Below, in pieces: positions 17,795 through 27,119 of a stretch of DNA of 64,000 nucleotides. Both the position numbers and the translations under genes were made by a program. Source of the stretch: Candidatus Roizmanbacteria bacterium CG02_land_8_20_14_3_00_36_15. Lineage in GTDB: Bacteria; Patescibacteriota; Microgenomatia; UBA1406; GWC2-37-13. Below the pieces are notes generated by a model, which worked only from the letters and a program-made list of their open reading frames with translations, made no database searches and was not told the DNA's origin. Numbering within the stretch: position 1 is the stretch's first letter; each line of letters starts with the position of its first letter. Where the stretch lies: the NCBI GenBank assembly GCA_002780795.1, contig PEUF01000041.1, positions 3,826 to 67,825 of the forward strand. Reading direction: 5' to 3'.

Positions 17795-18079
17795 ATGTCC
17801 CCGGATTCAATATACAGAAAATCAGAGAAAATAACCGAAAGAGGAGTTGGCTCATGTGTCATCTATTACATTAAACCAGGAACGATTGAAAAAGCATTAT
17901 CATGATGCAATCGAAGTTGCATATGTGGTAAAAGGAAGTTGCAAGACACACAAGTAAAGATACGTATATGTTTATCAAAAAGGCGAAGTTCACGAGGTAA
18001 TCAATGATTCAAAAAATGAACTTGTTTTTGTCTGTTTAACAATCCCTCCTGAATCTAAAAAAAACACGCACTATGTATA
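17795..18079 (+). pseudogene. Cupin-domain gene remnant (one frameshift and one in-frame TAA)
   Basis: MSPDSIYRKSEKITERGVGSCVIYYIKPGTIE, a shift at GAAAAAG, then KHYHDAIEVAYVVKGSCKTHK*RYVYVYQKGEVHEVINDSKNELVFVCLTIPPE. This follows the cupin pattern H.H...E...G...G..H. Confidence 0.5.
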
Positions 18080-18118
18080 GAACAAAGAGCGGGGTAAGCG
18101 TTCTACAAATAAGAAAAT

Positions 18119-18409
18119 TTAATTATTTAATGTAAGAATTCTCGTTTCTATTTTTCTAAGGCGCGCTTCGTGATCAACGACCTTATCATCAAAAAAATCT
18201 ATAACTTCATTAAATTTTGTTATCATCCTGTTTTCCATCGCTCGGAGATCTTTTTTAGTTACGAATGCTTGAAGGTCTTTTTTTGTCACAAAAACTTTTT
18301 TCATTTCTTTTAGATCGTCCTTAGTTGTAAAAATAACTTTTATTTTGTCAATATCATCGTTAGTAATCATAAGATGATTTATTAAATCAATTTCTAACAA
18401 TTTATTCAA
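18119..18409 (-). CDS. Hypothetical coiled-coil protein with an internal TKKDL repeat
   Basis: 96-aa ORF with a TTG start in the track. Contains VTKKDLQAFVTKKDLRAME repeats. No family recognised. Confidence 0.3.
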   Translation of the reverse strand: MNKLLEIDLINHLMITNDDIDKIKVIFTTKDDLKEMKKVFVTKKDLQAFVTKKDLRAMENRMITKFNEVIDFFDDKVVDHEARLRKIETRILTLNN

Positions 18410-18622
18410 CTTTATATTATTAACGATTTTTTGTCAACGGATTATACGCTACAAAATTAACAATATAGATTGCTAAAACAACATAGCGGAATAATATATA
18501 AAACCTGCGCTTTCAGAATTCTTTGGGAAGTTTAGAGATTAATTAATAAAAAAAGGATTAAAAAGTTCCAGACTGAGTGCTCCGCCACGTAAAAAATATT
18601 TCAGATTTGATATCATTATTTT

Positions 18623-19306
18623 ATGATCTACGTACTTATTGATATTGATGAAACAATACTTTCTGTTCCAAAAGGTATTAACGCTAAGGCCTCATCAATA
18701 ATGTTTAAAAAAGTTTTTGGAATCGATGCCCATGAAGAGATGATTGATAACGTCGGAAAAACAGAGATGGGAATAATTCCAGAAGTGCTTGAAAAAGTAG
18801 GGTTGAAGACAAAAGACGTGCCTGAAAAAGCATATAAAGTATGGGGAGAGGCTACTGACGAACTACTTAACAAGACTCCAGCTCGAGTTTTACCAGGAAT
18901 ACCGGAATTTTTAGAAACTTTGTCCAATGATCCAAGAATTAAACTAGAACTTTTAACCGGTAATTCTCCATGGCGAGCAGAAGCGAAATTAAAATCCGTC
19001 CATCTAGATAAATTTTTTTGCAATTCAGATACGAAGCAGTTGAATGGTGTATTTGGCAATATGACTAGTAAACGGGATGAATTATTTAATATTTTTAAAA
19101 AACAAGCAAGATTTGAAGATCGGTTTATCATCGTTGATGATTCAATCATCGGTGCAAGAATGGCAAAGATAAATAATGTACTGACGATTATGGTTGCAAC
19201 TGGAAGGGCGACTGAAGAACAACTTAAAATTTTTTCAGCAAATGTATTTTCTAATTTAGGAGACAATCGATGGAAGACAGCCATCTCTATTATTAATAAA
19301 CTATAA
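18623..19306 (+). CDS. HAD superfamily hydrolase
   Basis: Motif I VLIDIDETIL (DxD) and a late VDDS motif. The antisense ORF 18628-19284 is judged a shadow ORF. Confidence 0.65.
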   Translation: MIYVLIDIDETILSVPKGINAKASSIMFKKVFGIDAHEEMIDNVGKTEMGIIPEVLEKVGLKTKDVPEKAYKVWGEATDELLNKTPARVLPGIPEFLETLSNDPRIKLELLTGNSPWRAEAKLKSVHLDKFFCNSDTKQLNGVFGNMTSKRDELFNIFKKQARFEDRFIIVDDSIIGARMAKINNVLTIMVATGRATEEQLKIFSANVFSNLGDNRWKTAISIINKL

Positions 19307-19316
19307 AGATTAAAAA

Positions 19317-19847
19317 ATGAATTTTGACATATCTCTTTGGCTTATACCTAAGAAAGAACAAGAAAAACAAATCGAAAAAACTATTAACTCACTTACAATT
19401 AAATATTCGGTTTTTTCTTTCATTCCTCATATCACAATCTATCATTTTGGGACAACTTCAATTTTGAATGACATTAATAGTTTTATCGACAAAAAATTAG
19501 CCAAAACTCACCGGTTTAATCTTGATTTTGAACGCATTGATTTTTCTGACATATTTACAAAGACACTGTTTGCTAAATACAAAATAAATACATCATTAAT
19601 AGATTTATACAAAACATTTCATAATAAATATAAAGGTATAAAAGATTATCAGCTTACTCCGCATTTAAGCTTAATTTATAAAACAAATATGAATAAGGGT
19701 GATAAATTGAAGGAGGCTCAAAATATAACATTACCATTAAAAATAACAATTGACCGCTTATATGTAATCACAAAAAAGAACGGAGATATAAAAATAGATA
19801 AAGATGTTTTACAATGGAAAATCGTTCATAAACTATATTTAAAGTAA
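19317..19847 (+). CDS. 2H phosphoesterase / LigT-like cyclic phosphodiesterase
   Basis: Two HxT/S motifs at the expected spacing: PHITIYH and PHLSLIY. Confidence 0.6.
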   Translation: MNFDISLWLIPKKEQEKQIEKTINSLTIKYSVFSFIPHITIYHFGTTSILNDINSFIDKKLAKTHRFNLDFERIDFSDIFTKTLFAKYKINTSLIDLYKTFHNKYKGIKDYQLTPHLSLIYKTNMNKGDKLKEAQNITLPLKITIDRLYVITKKNGDIKIDKDVLQWKIVHKLYLK

Positions 19848-19961
19848 GAAGACAAAAAATCCAAACACGACCATTTTATCATCTTGTAAAATGATTACAA
19901 CGATAATATAATAAACTGCATATATTACAATTAAAATTCTTAAAATTTAGTTTTAATTACT

Positions 19962-21059
19962 ATGACCAAATATACTAATAAAAGAATACTAGTTATTTTT
20001 ACAGGAGGGACAGTGGCAGGAAATGTCGCCAAGAGCAATGTTTCGCAAAATGTCAAATCTGATCCAAACAGCTTTATGACGATATTGGATAATTCCGTAG
20101 ATGTTATCAAAAAAAATTAGAATATTGAGATTAAACCTTCAATTATTGAACTTTTCAATGTCGACAGCTCAAATATCCAGCCGGAAAATTGGACAGCAAT
20201 TGTAGAAAAAATTCAGGAAAAATATGATGATTTTGATTCTTTTGTCGTACTACATGGTACCAATACCATGGGTTATACTGCCTCAGCTCTCTCTTTTGCT
20301 CTGGAAAATATTAATAAACCGGTGATAATGACAGGAGCACAAGTCCCTTTAGGATATCTTGGGACCGATGCAGTAACTAATTTAGTTAACTCTTTGCGGT
20401 TAGCCGTCTGGGAATACCATGATGTTAAGGGAGTGATTGCTGTTTTTGGAAGCAAGATTATCTCTGGAACAAGAGTAAAAAAGGGTACGGATTTTGACTA
20501 TGATCCTTTTAATTCTTTTCAAGCAGGCGCTCTGGGTCAAATCGGACGCTTTATGAGGATAGATGAGGCGGCCTTAAGAAAACACGTCAATTATTTATCA
20601 AAATATAAACCCTTGGCGATTCAATCAAGGGTGTTAAGCGTAAAAAAAGACTTTGATACAAAAAGCATTGCCTCACTGACAGAATTTCCCGGAATGTCTG
20701 TCGATCTTTTCAAATCTTTGGTAGAAAATAACGGTATTAAAGCCTTTATTTTCAGAGCTTTCGGCGCCGGAGATCCAAGCGCTCATTTATTTCCTGCTTT
20801 TGAATATTTAAAAACGAAAAAAATTCCGATCATCGTGACCACTCAAGCTCCTGGCGGAGTTGCAAGCTTTCAAGTCAACGAGACCGGCCAGTATCTAAAG
20901 GAACATGACTTGGCCATCCCAGCTTTTGACATGAGTATGGAATCAATGACAGCAAAACTTGCTTGGCTATTGGCTCAAAAAATGGATTATGAGCAAATAA
21001 AAATCAAAATGTCAGAAGATCTGCACGGAGAAATAAATATTGAGAATGAATTAATATAG
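19962..21059 (+). pseudogene. Type I L-asparaginase / GatD-like amidohydrolase interrupted by one in-frame TAG
   Basis: ATG at 19962 gives ...ILVIFTGGTVAG...VIKKN*NIEI...VVLHGTNTMGYT..., in frame with track ORF 20268-21059. TAG at 20118-20120. Both asparaginase signatures (TGGT, HGTxTM) are present. Confidence 0.7.
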
Positions 21060-21134
21060 TTATTTTCACATCTAATCAAACTCAATATTAGAAAATTACT
21101 GTCTATAGTTATTATCAATAACATTTCTTAATTT

Positions 21135-22163
21135 GTGAAAGATGATTTTTTTTATGTTGGCGGTGGTGCGGCAAAAACATTAGAGGAGGTTGCCTTCCTT
21201 AAGAAAAAATACGACCTGTTTAATATTCATATAATTAAAGAAATATTCAAGGATGTCTTAAATGCTCAAGTCGAAAAAATCACCAAACCGACCATTGTCG
21301 GGCTTCCCCACGTCACATATTTTGTCAGAACCAAGGACAAAAAAGAATATTGCTTCCGCGCCAATCTAGGCAATGAGAAACCTGAGATCGAGTTGATTAT
21401 TGAAAAACTCGCCTCTGATTTGGCCGCTAAAAACGGAGTACCAACCAATAAAATTTTATCGGTCGACTGTTCGAGAAAAAACTATCCCTTTGATTTCCAA
21501 ATTCAAGAAAGACTATTTGGTGAAAATCCGGAATATAATTTCACCGGCACGCAAAAAGATTATGACAAATTATCCTTTCAGCTTGGTCAAATCATTGCTA
21601 AACTCTCCGAAATCAAGACGACAAAATTTGGCCGGTTTTCTAAAAAAATTGCCGAGAAAAAAAATCAATTAACTGGTCGCCTTAACTCGAACTTCGATTA
21701 CATAATCCTCGAACTAGAAAATCAGTTGCAATATATTATCAATGCAGGATACATTAATAAATCTCAATTTAATAAAATTCTTAAACTTTTTTATGATTCA
21801 AAACCGCTGGTTAATATTAAGACGGGTTCTTTAGTTCATTATGACCTGGCCGATCATAACTTTTTTTATCATCCTAAAACATTCAAAATTACCGGTATAT
21901 TTGATTGGGAAGCGGTCTGTTCTTCTGACCCGGTGTTGGACATCGGTTCTGCCCCTACCTGGAAAACCCTTTATGAAAGAGAAACTAAACTGATTGAAGG
22001 CTATCAATCGTTAAAAAAACTGCCAGATAATTATCAGGAGAAGATAAATCTGTATCGATTACGCACGATAATTTGGAAGGTGGTCCATAACATCAAATTT
22101 GATATGCTGACTAAAGAAAGACTGGTTAGGTTAACCAAAGCTTTAGCGCCTTTTAAGATTTGA
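21135..22163 (+). CDS. Aminoglycoside phosphotransferase / protein-kinase-like fold protein
   Basis: Catalytic loop HYDLADHNFF and downstream IFDWE, as in APH/choline-kinase family. GTG start in the track. Confidence 0.6.
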   Translation: MKDDFFYVGGGAAKTLEEVAFLKKKYDLFNIHIIKEIFKDVLNAQVEKITKPTIVGLPHVTYFVRTKDKKEYCFRANLGNEKPEIELIIEKLASDLAAKNGVPTNKILSVDCSRKNYPFDFQIQERLFGENPEYNFTGTQKDYDKLSFQLGQIIAKLSEIKTTKFGRFSKKIAEKKNQLTGRLNSNFDYIILELENQLQYIINAGYINKSQFNKILKLFYDSKPLVNIKTGSLVHYDLADHNFFYHPKTFKITGIFDWEAVCSSDPVLDIGSAPTWKTLYERETKLIEGYQSLKKLPDNYQEKINLYRLRTIIWKVVHNIKFDMLTKERLVRLTKALAPFKI

Positions 22164-22198
22164 ATAAATAAATAGTTGAAGAATTATGATTGAGTAGA

Positions 22199-22780
22199 TT
22201 AAGTAGGCATGAAAAAACTAGTTTTACTATACACTTCTTGTGGATTTATTCTGGCGATCATTAAAGACTGTTCTGGTTGAACTAGTCTACTTTTATCCAG
22301 ACTAGCTAAAAGAAAGGCTTCATCATATGCCGGTGGCAGTCCAGAAAGCGCACACAACATTTCTACTTGGTTGTCTACTTCTCCAAACCTGATTCGTAAA
22401 CCTCCAGCTGGAACCTCTTCATCAGCAAGCAAACTCCCATCAGGTCTCCTATAAGTGGAGTAGTGGATTCTTGCTCTCTCGCCTGCGGGAAGGGTGGCAT
22501 TTTCTGCGCTTGAGACCCAATCTGGATGTTGTTTTAAAGCAGATATCTTTCCTTTAGCTGCCTCTATATATTTTAATGGATCTTTTACATCACCTATTTC
22601 AATCTCTTGATAGTTATCTGACGCCGGATCATAGATCACCAGAACAAAACCTTTTTTACCTTTGACTCTTATTTCCTCTACTTGATCTAAATAAGGAAGC
22701 ATATTTCCGCAAGCGTCTTGAAGAGCGGCAATTGCGTCAGTTAATGTTTTTGGTTCGCTTAGTGTAAGACTTTCTGACAT
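22199..22780 (-). CDS. Hypothetical protein
   Basis: 193-aa ORF with no recognisable motif. Visibly richer in G+C and in Ala/Pro/Gly codons than its neighbours. Confidence 0.4.
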   Translation of the reverse strand: MSESLTLSEPKTLTDAIAALQDACGNMLPYLDQVEEIRVKGKKGFVLVIYDPASDNYQEIEIGDVKDPLKYIEAAKGKISALKQHPDWVSSAENATLPAGERARIHYSTYRRPDGSLLADEEVPAGGLRIRFGEVDNQVEMLCALSGLPPAYDEAFLLASLDKSRLVQPEQSLMIARINPQEVYSKTSFFMPT

Positions 22781-22868
22781 ATTGATATAATACCACTTTT
22801 TTATTACAACTCAAGGTTTTCTAATCTCTTATGGTCTTTAATGATCATATTTTATCTGTTAAAATATA

Positions 22869-23627
22869 GTGTCTATGATCCAAGTCTGGTTTTATTCGCT
22901 TACTAGTGTTTTTATCGTCAGTTTAATATCTCTTGTTGGTGTTTTTACTTTGGCTATCAAAGAAAAAAAACTCCGCGAGATTCTTATTTATTTTGTCAGT
23001 TTTTCCGCCGGCGCACTTTTTGGCGATGTTTTCATTCACCTTTTGCCCGAAATTACTAAAGGAAGCGGTTTTACCATCACCATTTCGCTAGCAGTTCTTG
23101 CCGGGATTGTCATTTCTTTTTTAACCGAAAAAATTATCTGCTGGCGCCACTGCCACCTCCCGGTTACCAAAACCCATGTCCACCAGTTTGCCTATATGAA
23201 TTTGTTTGGCGACGCCATCCATAATTTTCTTGACGGAATTACGATTGCTGTTAGTTTCTTAGTCAGCATTCCGGTCGGTTTGGCGACGACTCTTGCCGTC
23301 GTTTTCCACGAGATTCCCCAGGAAATTGGCGATTTTGGCGTCCTTCTTCATGGCGGCTTTACTAAAAGACGGGCCGTTTGGTATAACTTTCTGACAGCGC
23401 TGAGCGCTGTTGTCGGTACCATCGTTACCTTGACTTTAAGCTATTATGTCAAAAACCTGACTCCATTTTTGATTCCTTTTGCCGCCGGCAACTTTATCTA
23501 TATTGCCGGATCAGACCTTATCCCGGAGCTTCACAAAGAAGTTGCTCTTAAAAAGGGATTAATTCAACTCATGTTCTTTATTTTTGGAATCGCTATAATG
23601 ATGGGGATTTTGTTTTTTTCTGAGTAA
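22869..23627 (+). CDS. zupT: ZIP family divalent metal transporter (ZupT-like)
   Basis: HNFLDGITIAVSF and VFHEIPQEIGDFGVLLHGG motifs. About 8 TM helices. Confidence 0.8.
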   Translation: MSMIQVWFYSLTSVFIVSLISLVGVFTLAIKEKKLREILIYFVSFSAGALFGDVFIHLLPEITKGSGFTITISLAVLAGIVISFLTEKIICWRHCHLPVTKTHVHQFAYMNLFGDAIHNFLDGITIAVSFLVSIPVGLATTLAVVFHEIPQEIGDFGVLLHGGFTKRRAVWYNFLTALSAVVGTIVTLTLSYYVKNLTPFLIPFAAGNFIYIAGSDLIPELHKEVALKKGLIQLMFFIFGIAIMMGILFFSE

Positions 23628-23631
23628 AACT

Positions 23632-24852
23632 ATGTCTTCATATCAACCAAAAGGAATAAAAAAGATTTTTCATTCGATAAGACGAACGCTTGCCAGAAAC
23701 TGGTTGTCTTTATTTCACCCCGTCCAGATTGCCATCACCGGCAGCCAGGGAAAAACCAACACGGCTCAAACCTTAGGTCAAGTTCTATCTCGGTTTGGAC
23801 CAACTCTAGTCACTGATATCAATCTTGACACAATTTACAACGTCCCAATAACCGCTTTAAAAAATAGACCTTGGACAAAGTATTTGATTTGGGAGTTGGG
23901 AGTTGATCATTCTGATGAAATGGATCTTCACCTTGAAATCGCCCGACCAACCATTGCTATTATCACCGGCATCTCACCGGTCCATACAGACAAAGAACAT
24001 CTTGGTTCCTTGGAAAGGTTGATTAAAGAAAAAAGGAAACTAATTGAAGCATTACCTAATAACGGAATCGCCATCCTAAACTATGACGACAACAATGTTA
24101 GACAGATGGCTAATTATACTCAAGCGCAGATTTTGTTTTACGGTACTGACAAAAAATGTGATGTTTATGCAACTGACATTAAGGTTTCTTTAGAAAAAAC
24201 TAGCTTCGTTCTTCACGACAAAAAAAATATTCTAGATATGGCCACAAAATTAATAGGTACTCAGCATATTTATACAATTATGTCAACCTATCTTGTTGTC
24301 AGAACTTTGTTTCCCAAAAATGATCAAGCCGTTGTTACTTTTAGAAAAGTTGTGGCCAATCTTAGTCCACTTAAGAGCAGAATGAGCGTTGAGCCTGGTC
24401 CAATAGGAACAACGGTTTTAAATGATTCTTTACGAGCTAATCCAGAAAGCGTTCGTGCCGGTCTGGAAACGTTATCAGTAATTAATTATAAACTTGGTAA
24501 AAAAATTGCTGTTCTCGGTGTGATGGGGGAGTTAGAAAATCCTCGGCTAGAGCATGAAAGAAGCGGAAAACAAATTATTGATTACCCACCGGATATAGTC
24601 ATTTGTCTTGGAGATTGGCGTAAATATACCTATGAAATAGCTGTTAAATCTGGCCATCCCACAAATAAAATTTTTTTTGCCAAAGACGTTTTCGATGCTG
24701 CCGATATCTTAAAAACAGTTATTAAAAAAGGTGACCTTATCTATCTTAAGGGTTCCTTTTTACGCAATCTAAAGCGAATTCTGCAAATCCTTGACGGCCA
24801 AAAAGTTTGTTGCCACGCCGATATTTGCCCTTATGAACACTGTGGTTACTAA
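23632..24852 (+). CDS. Mur ligase family protein (MurF-like, short form)
   Basis: ATP-binding ITGSQGKTNT, central domain, NDSLRANPESV (MurF-like DDSYNANP). Cys-rich C-terminus CCHADICPYEHC. Confidence 0.65.
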   Translation: MSSYQPKGIKKIFHSIRRTLARNWLSLFHPVQIAITGSQGKTNTAQTLGQVLSRFGPTLVTDINLDTIYNVPITALKNRPWTKYLIWELGVDHSDEMDLHLEIARPTIAIITGISPVHTDKEHLGSLERLIKEKRKLIEALPNNGIAILNYDDNNVRQMANYTQAQILFYGTDKKCDVYATDIKVSLEKTSFVLHDKKNILDMATKLIGTQHIYTIMSTYLVVRTLFPKNDQAVVTFRKVVANLSPLKSRMSVEPGPIGTTVLNDSLRANPESVRAGLETLSVINYKLGKKIAVLGVMGELENPRLEHERSGKQIIDYPPDIVICLGDWRKYTYEIAVKSGHPTNKIFFAKDVFDAADILKTVIKKGDLIYLKGSFLRNLKRILQILDGQKVCCHADICPYEHCGY

Positions 24853-25651
24853 AATTTCTTTTAGCTTTCCAAAAAAGAGGGGAGACTATCTTGTTTTTTC
24901 TCTTCCCCAAACTAACCATTATCAAAATATTATTAATTTAGCCATAACACCTTCAGGGTGTAAAAAAACAGCGGACAAATGTTGGGGCAACAAGATAGTT
25001 ATTTTAACATTAAACGACGTTAAGAAGGAAGTAAAAATAGATTTTCAGATCAAACTAAAACCCTATTCTGTGACTATTAACAAAAACTATAAGATAACTA
25101 ATTATTCAAAAAATGTCTTTTCTCCCAATCGTTTCATCAATGGACAAGATCAAAAAATAGTAAAAATAGCCAAGGGGGTTGTTGGGAAAGAAAGAAATCT
25201 AGAAACGATAATAAAAAATCTATATTTATTTACTAGAAATTATTTAACCTATGGCAAACCAACCGCTGGACTCTATAGTTACAAACAGGCAATAGAGGAG
25301 AGGATGACCGACTGCGGAGGCTTTTCAACCTTTCTAGCCTCACTTTTGCAGACAGTAAATATACCTAGTCGTTTAGTAGTTGGTTTCTTGATAAAAAAAG
25401 ATTGGGTCTCACGAATATTAACTTTTAATTTCTCACTTTTAACTTTTAACTTTCTAAAAATTCATGCTTGGCTTGAAGTTATGCTACCAAACAAGAGTTG
25501 GTTTCCAATTGATGCCTCGACCAGCAAATTTGGCCAAATACCAGCCAATCGATTGGTTACTTCATTTGGTTGCGATTTTAATATCAAAATAAATAATAGT
25601 AATTATCAAATTGATTTGTTACAAAAACCTGTTTATTTATCGAAAAATTAA
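24833..25651 (+). CDS. Transglutaminase-like cysteine peptidase domain protein
   Basis: TDCGGFSTF (Cys), HAWLEV (His) and PIDAS (Asp) form the triad pattern. A heptamer-array insert (LTFNFSLLTFNF) sits between Cys and His. Start at MNTVVTK. Confidence 0.65.
   Translation: MNTVVTKISFSFPKKRGDYLVFSLPQTNHYQNIINLAITPSGCKKTADKCWGNKIVILTLNDVKKEVKIDFQIKLKPYSVTINKNYKITNYSKNVFSPNRFINGQDQKIVKIAKGVVGKERNLETIIKNLYLFTRNYLTYGKPTAGLYSYKQAIEERMTDCGGFSTFLASLLQTVNIPSRLVVGFLIKKDWVSRILTFNFSLLTFNFLKIHAWLEVMLPNKSWFPIDASTSKFGQIPANRLVTSFGCDFNIKINNSNYQIDLLQKPVYLSKN
25421..25455. repeat. Heptamer array ACTTTTA x5 inside the transglutaminase-like ORF
   Basis: actttta|atttctc|actttta|actttta|actttct. Confidence 0.8.
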
Positions 25652-25653
25652 TT

Positions 25654-26976
25654 ATGATCAGTTGTGACTTTGCACCAAATGAGGCTTGGGATGACGCCTG
25701 GATCGCTTTTAAGCTAATCCTTCAACCTTGGAAATGGAAAAAAGGTAAAGAGCTTGATTTAATTAAAGAAATATTATTGCAGAAAATTTATGGATCCTGT
25801 CAGAAGTTTCCTTCCCGCCAGTGCTCGACTTGCGTTGAAAGACCCCAAGATCTCTGCGCTGTCGGGATCCCTCCTTCTTCTGCCACCCATAAATTTTCTG
25901 CAAACTTGTTTCTATCTGGCAGATCAGCACTCAACTATCTACTAAAATCACTCAACTTACCGAAAGAATCCGAGATAATTGTCCAGGGTTTCACCTGCGA
26001 GGCCGTCGTCCTACCAATATTGGCCAATAATTTAAGGCCTGTTTATGTTGATATTGAGACTGAGTCATTTTCCTTTGATCCTATAGATTTAGAAAAAAAG
26101 ATAACTAGCAAAACCCGGACAATCATCCTTCAGCATAGTTTTGGCATAACACCAAAGCACCGAGAAATAATCATTTCCATTGCCAAACAACATCGTTTAC
26201 TGCTAATCGAGGATATAGCACATGGATTTCAAAGTCAAAAGTTAAAAGTTAAAAGTCAAAAGTCTATTTATTTAATGTCTTTTGGCCGGTCCAAAGCCAT
26301 ATCGTCGGTCTTCGGTGGAGCGATTGTCACTAATAATAAATCAATTGCCAGAAAATTAGAATTAATTGAAAAAAATCTACCAAAACCCAATCTTTTTTTT
26401 ATCTTCAGAACTTTAATTTATAAACCGTTATCTATGGTTATTAGATTAACTTACGATTTTTTACTGGGGAAAATTATCCATAAATTAATAAATTTGTTTG
26501 CGATTTTTCCTCCAGAAATCACCAAAAAAGAAAAAAGGGGAGAGTATAGTAGTTTTTTCGATAAAGCATATCCCAATGCTCTAGCGATTCTTTTACTCCA
26601 TCAGTTAAATAAAGTTGATCAAGTTAACAAACAAAGGGCTAAAATATGCCAAGTGTATCAAAGGAAAATCTCAAATCTTAAATCTAAAATCTCAAATTTA
26701 GCATTAAGTCGTTATCCTTTGTTAGTCAAAAATCGGTCACCAATAATAACAAAAGCGCAGAAACAAAATATTTTTCTAGGTAACTGGTACAACCAACCAG
26801 TTGGACCAGCTAGCCTTAATCTCGCTAAAGTACAGTATCAACTTGGCAGTTGCCCAGTAGCGGAGGAAGTTTGTCAACATATTATTAATCTACCAACTAA
26901 TATAACTATAGTAAGCGCTAAACGAATAATCACTTTGATTTTAAATAAGAAAAGTGTAAAGTGTGCGGATTTTTAA
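25654..26976 (+). CDS. DegT/DnrJ/EryC1/StrS family aminotransferase-like protein
   Basis: IEDIAHG and SFGRSKAISSVFGGAIV (PLP-lysine region). Contains one GC-rich insert and two heptamer arrays in frame. Confidence 0.65.
   Translation: MISCDFAPNEAWDDAWIAFKLILQPWKWKKGKELDLIKEILLQKIYGSCQKFPSRQCSTCVERPQDLCAVGIPPSSATHKFSANLFLSGRSALNYLLKSLNLPKESEIIVQGFTCEAVVLPILANNLRPVYVDIETESFSFDPIDLEKKITSKTRTIILQHSFGITPKHREIIISIAKQHRLLLIEDIAHGFQSQKLKVKSQKSIYLMSFGRSKAISSVFGGAIVTNNKSIARKLELIEKNLPKPNLFFIFRTLIYKPLSMVIRLTYDFLLGKIIHKLINLFAIFPPEITKKEKRGEYSSFFDKAYPNALAILLLHQLNKVDQVNKQRAKICQVYQRKISNLKSKISNLALSRYPLLVKNRSPIITKAQKQNIFLGNWYNQPVGPASLNLAKVQYQLGSCPVAEEVCQHIINLPTNITIVSAKRIITLILNKKSVKCADF
25792..25870. repeat. 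GC-rich segment bounded by GGATCC-containing imperfect inverted repeats, in frame in the DegT-like ORF
   Basis: GGATCCTGTCAG ... CTGTCGGGATCC (10/12 complementary). Encodes GSCQKFPSRQCSTCVERPQDLCAVGIP. Confidence 0.5.
26231..26265. repeat. Heptamer array AAAGTYA x5 inside the DegT-like ORF
   Basis: aaagtca|aaagtta|aaagtta|aaagtca|aaagtct. Confidence 0.85.
26666..26700. repeat. Heptamer array AAATCTN x5 inside the DegT-like ORF
   Basis: aaatctc|aaatctt|aaatcta|aaatctc|aaattta. Confidence 0.85.
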
Positions 26977-27119
26977 TCGCCCACTTGCGTCGAAGAGTTC
27001 GTGTTTCAACAACCAACTATTTCGCATTGGTAGGCTTGCCCCGTAGCGAATGCTACTGGGGTATTAAAAAGATGCATACGAGCACTTTTCATAAATTATT
27101 ATTTTTATAGAAATTAATA

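Noticed and set aside
18628-19284. 218-aa antisense ORF opposite the HAD hydrolase
   Set aside because: It is a Ser/Leu-rich shadow ORF with no motifs. The plus-strand frame has clear HAD motifs.
22830-22850. Palindrome ATGATCAT upstream of the ZIP transporter as a Zur/metal-regulator operator
   Set aside because: An 8-bp AT-rich palindrome is expected by chance in this composition, and it does not match any Zur box consensus I can recall.
26957-27107. MITE-like element between the DegT-like and FemAB genes
   Set aside because: It shows imperfect inverted 10-mers (AAAGTGTGCG / CGAGCACTTT) and an internal hairpin (CCCCGTAGC-gaat-GCTACTGGGG). The terminal match is short and imperfect, and I found no second copy in the window. 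It may simply be a terminator plus promoter.
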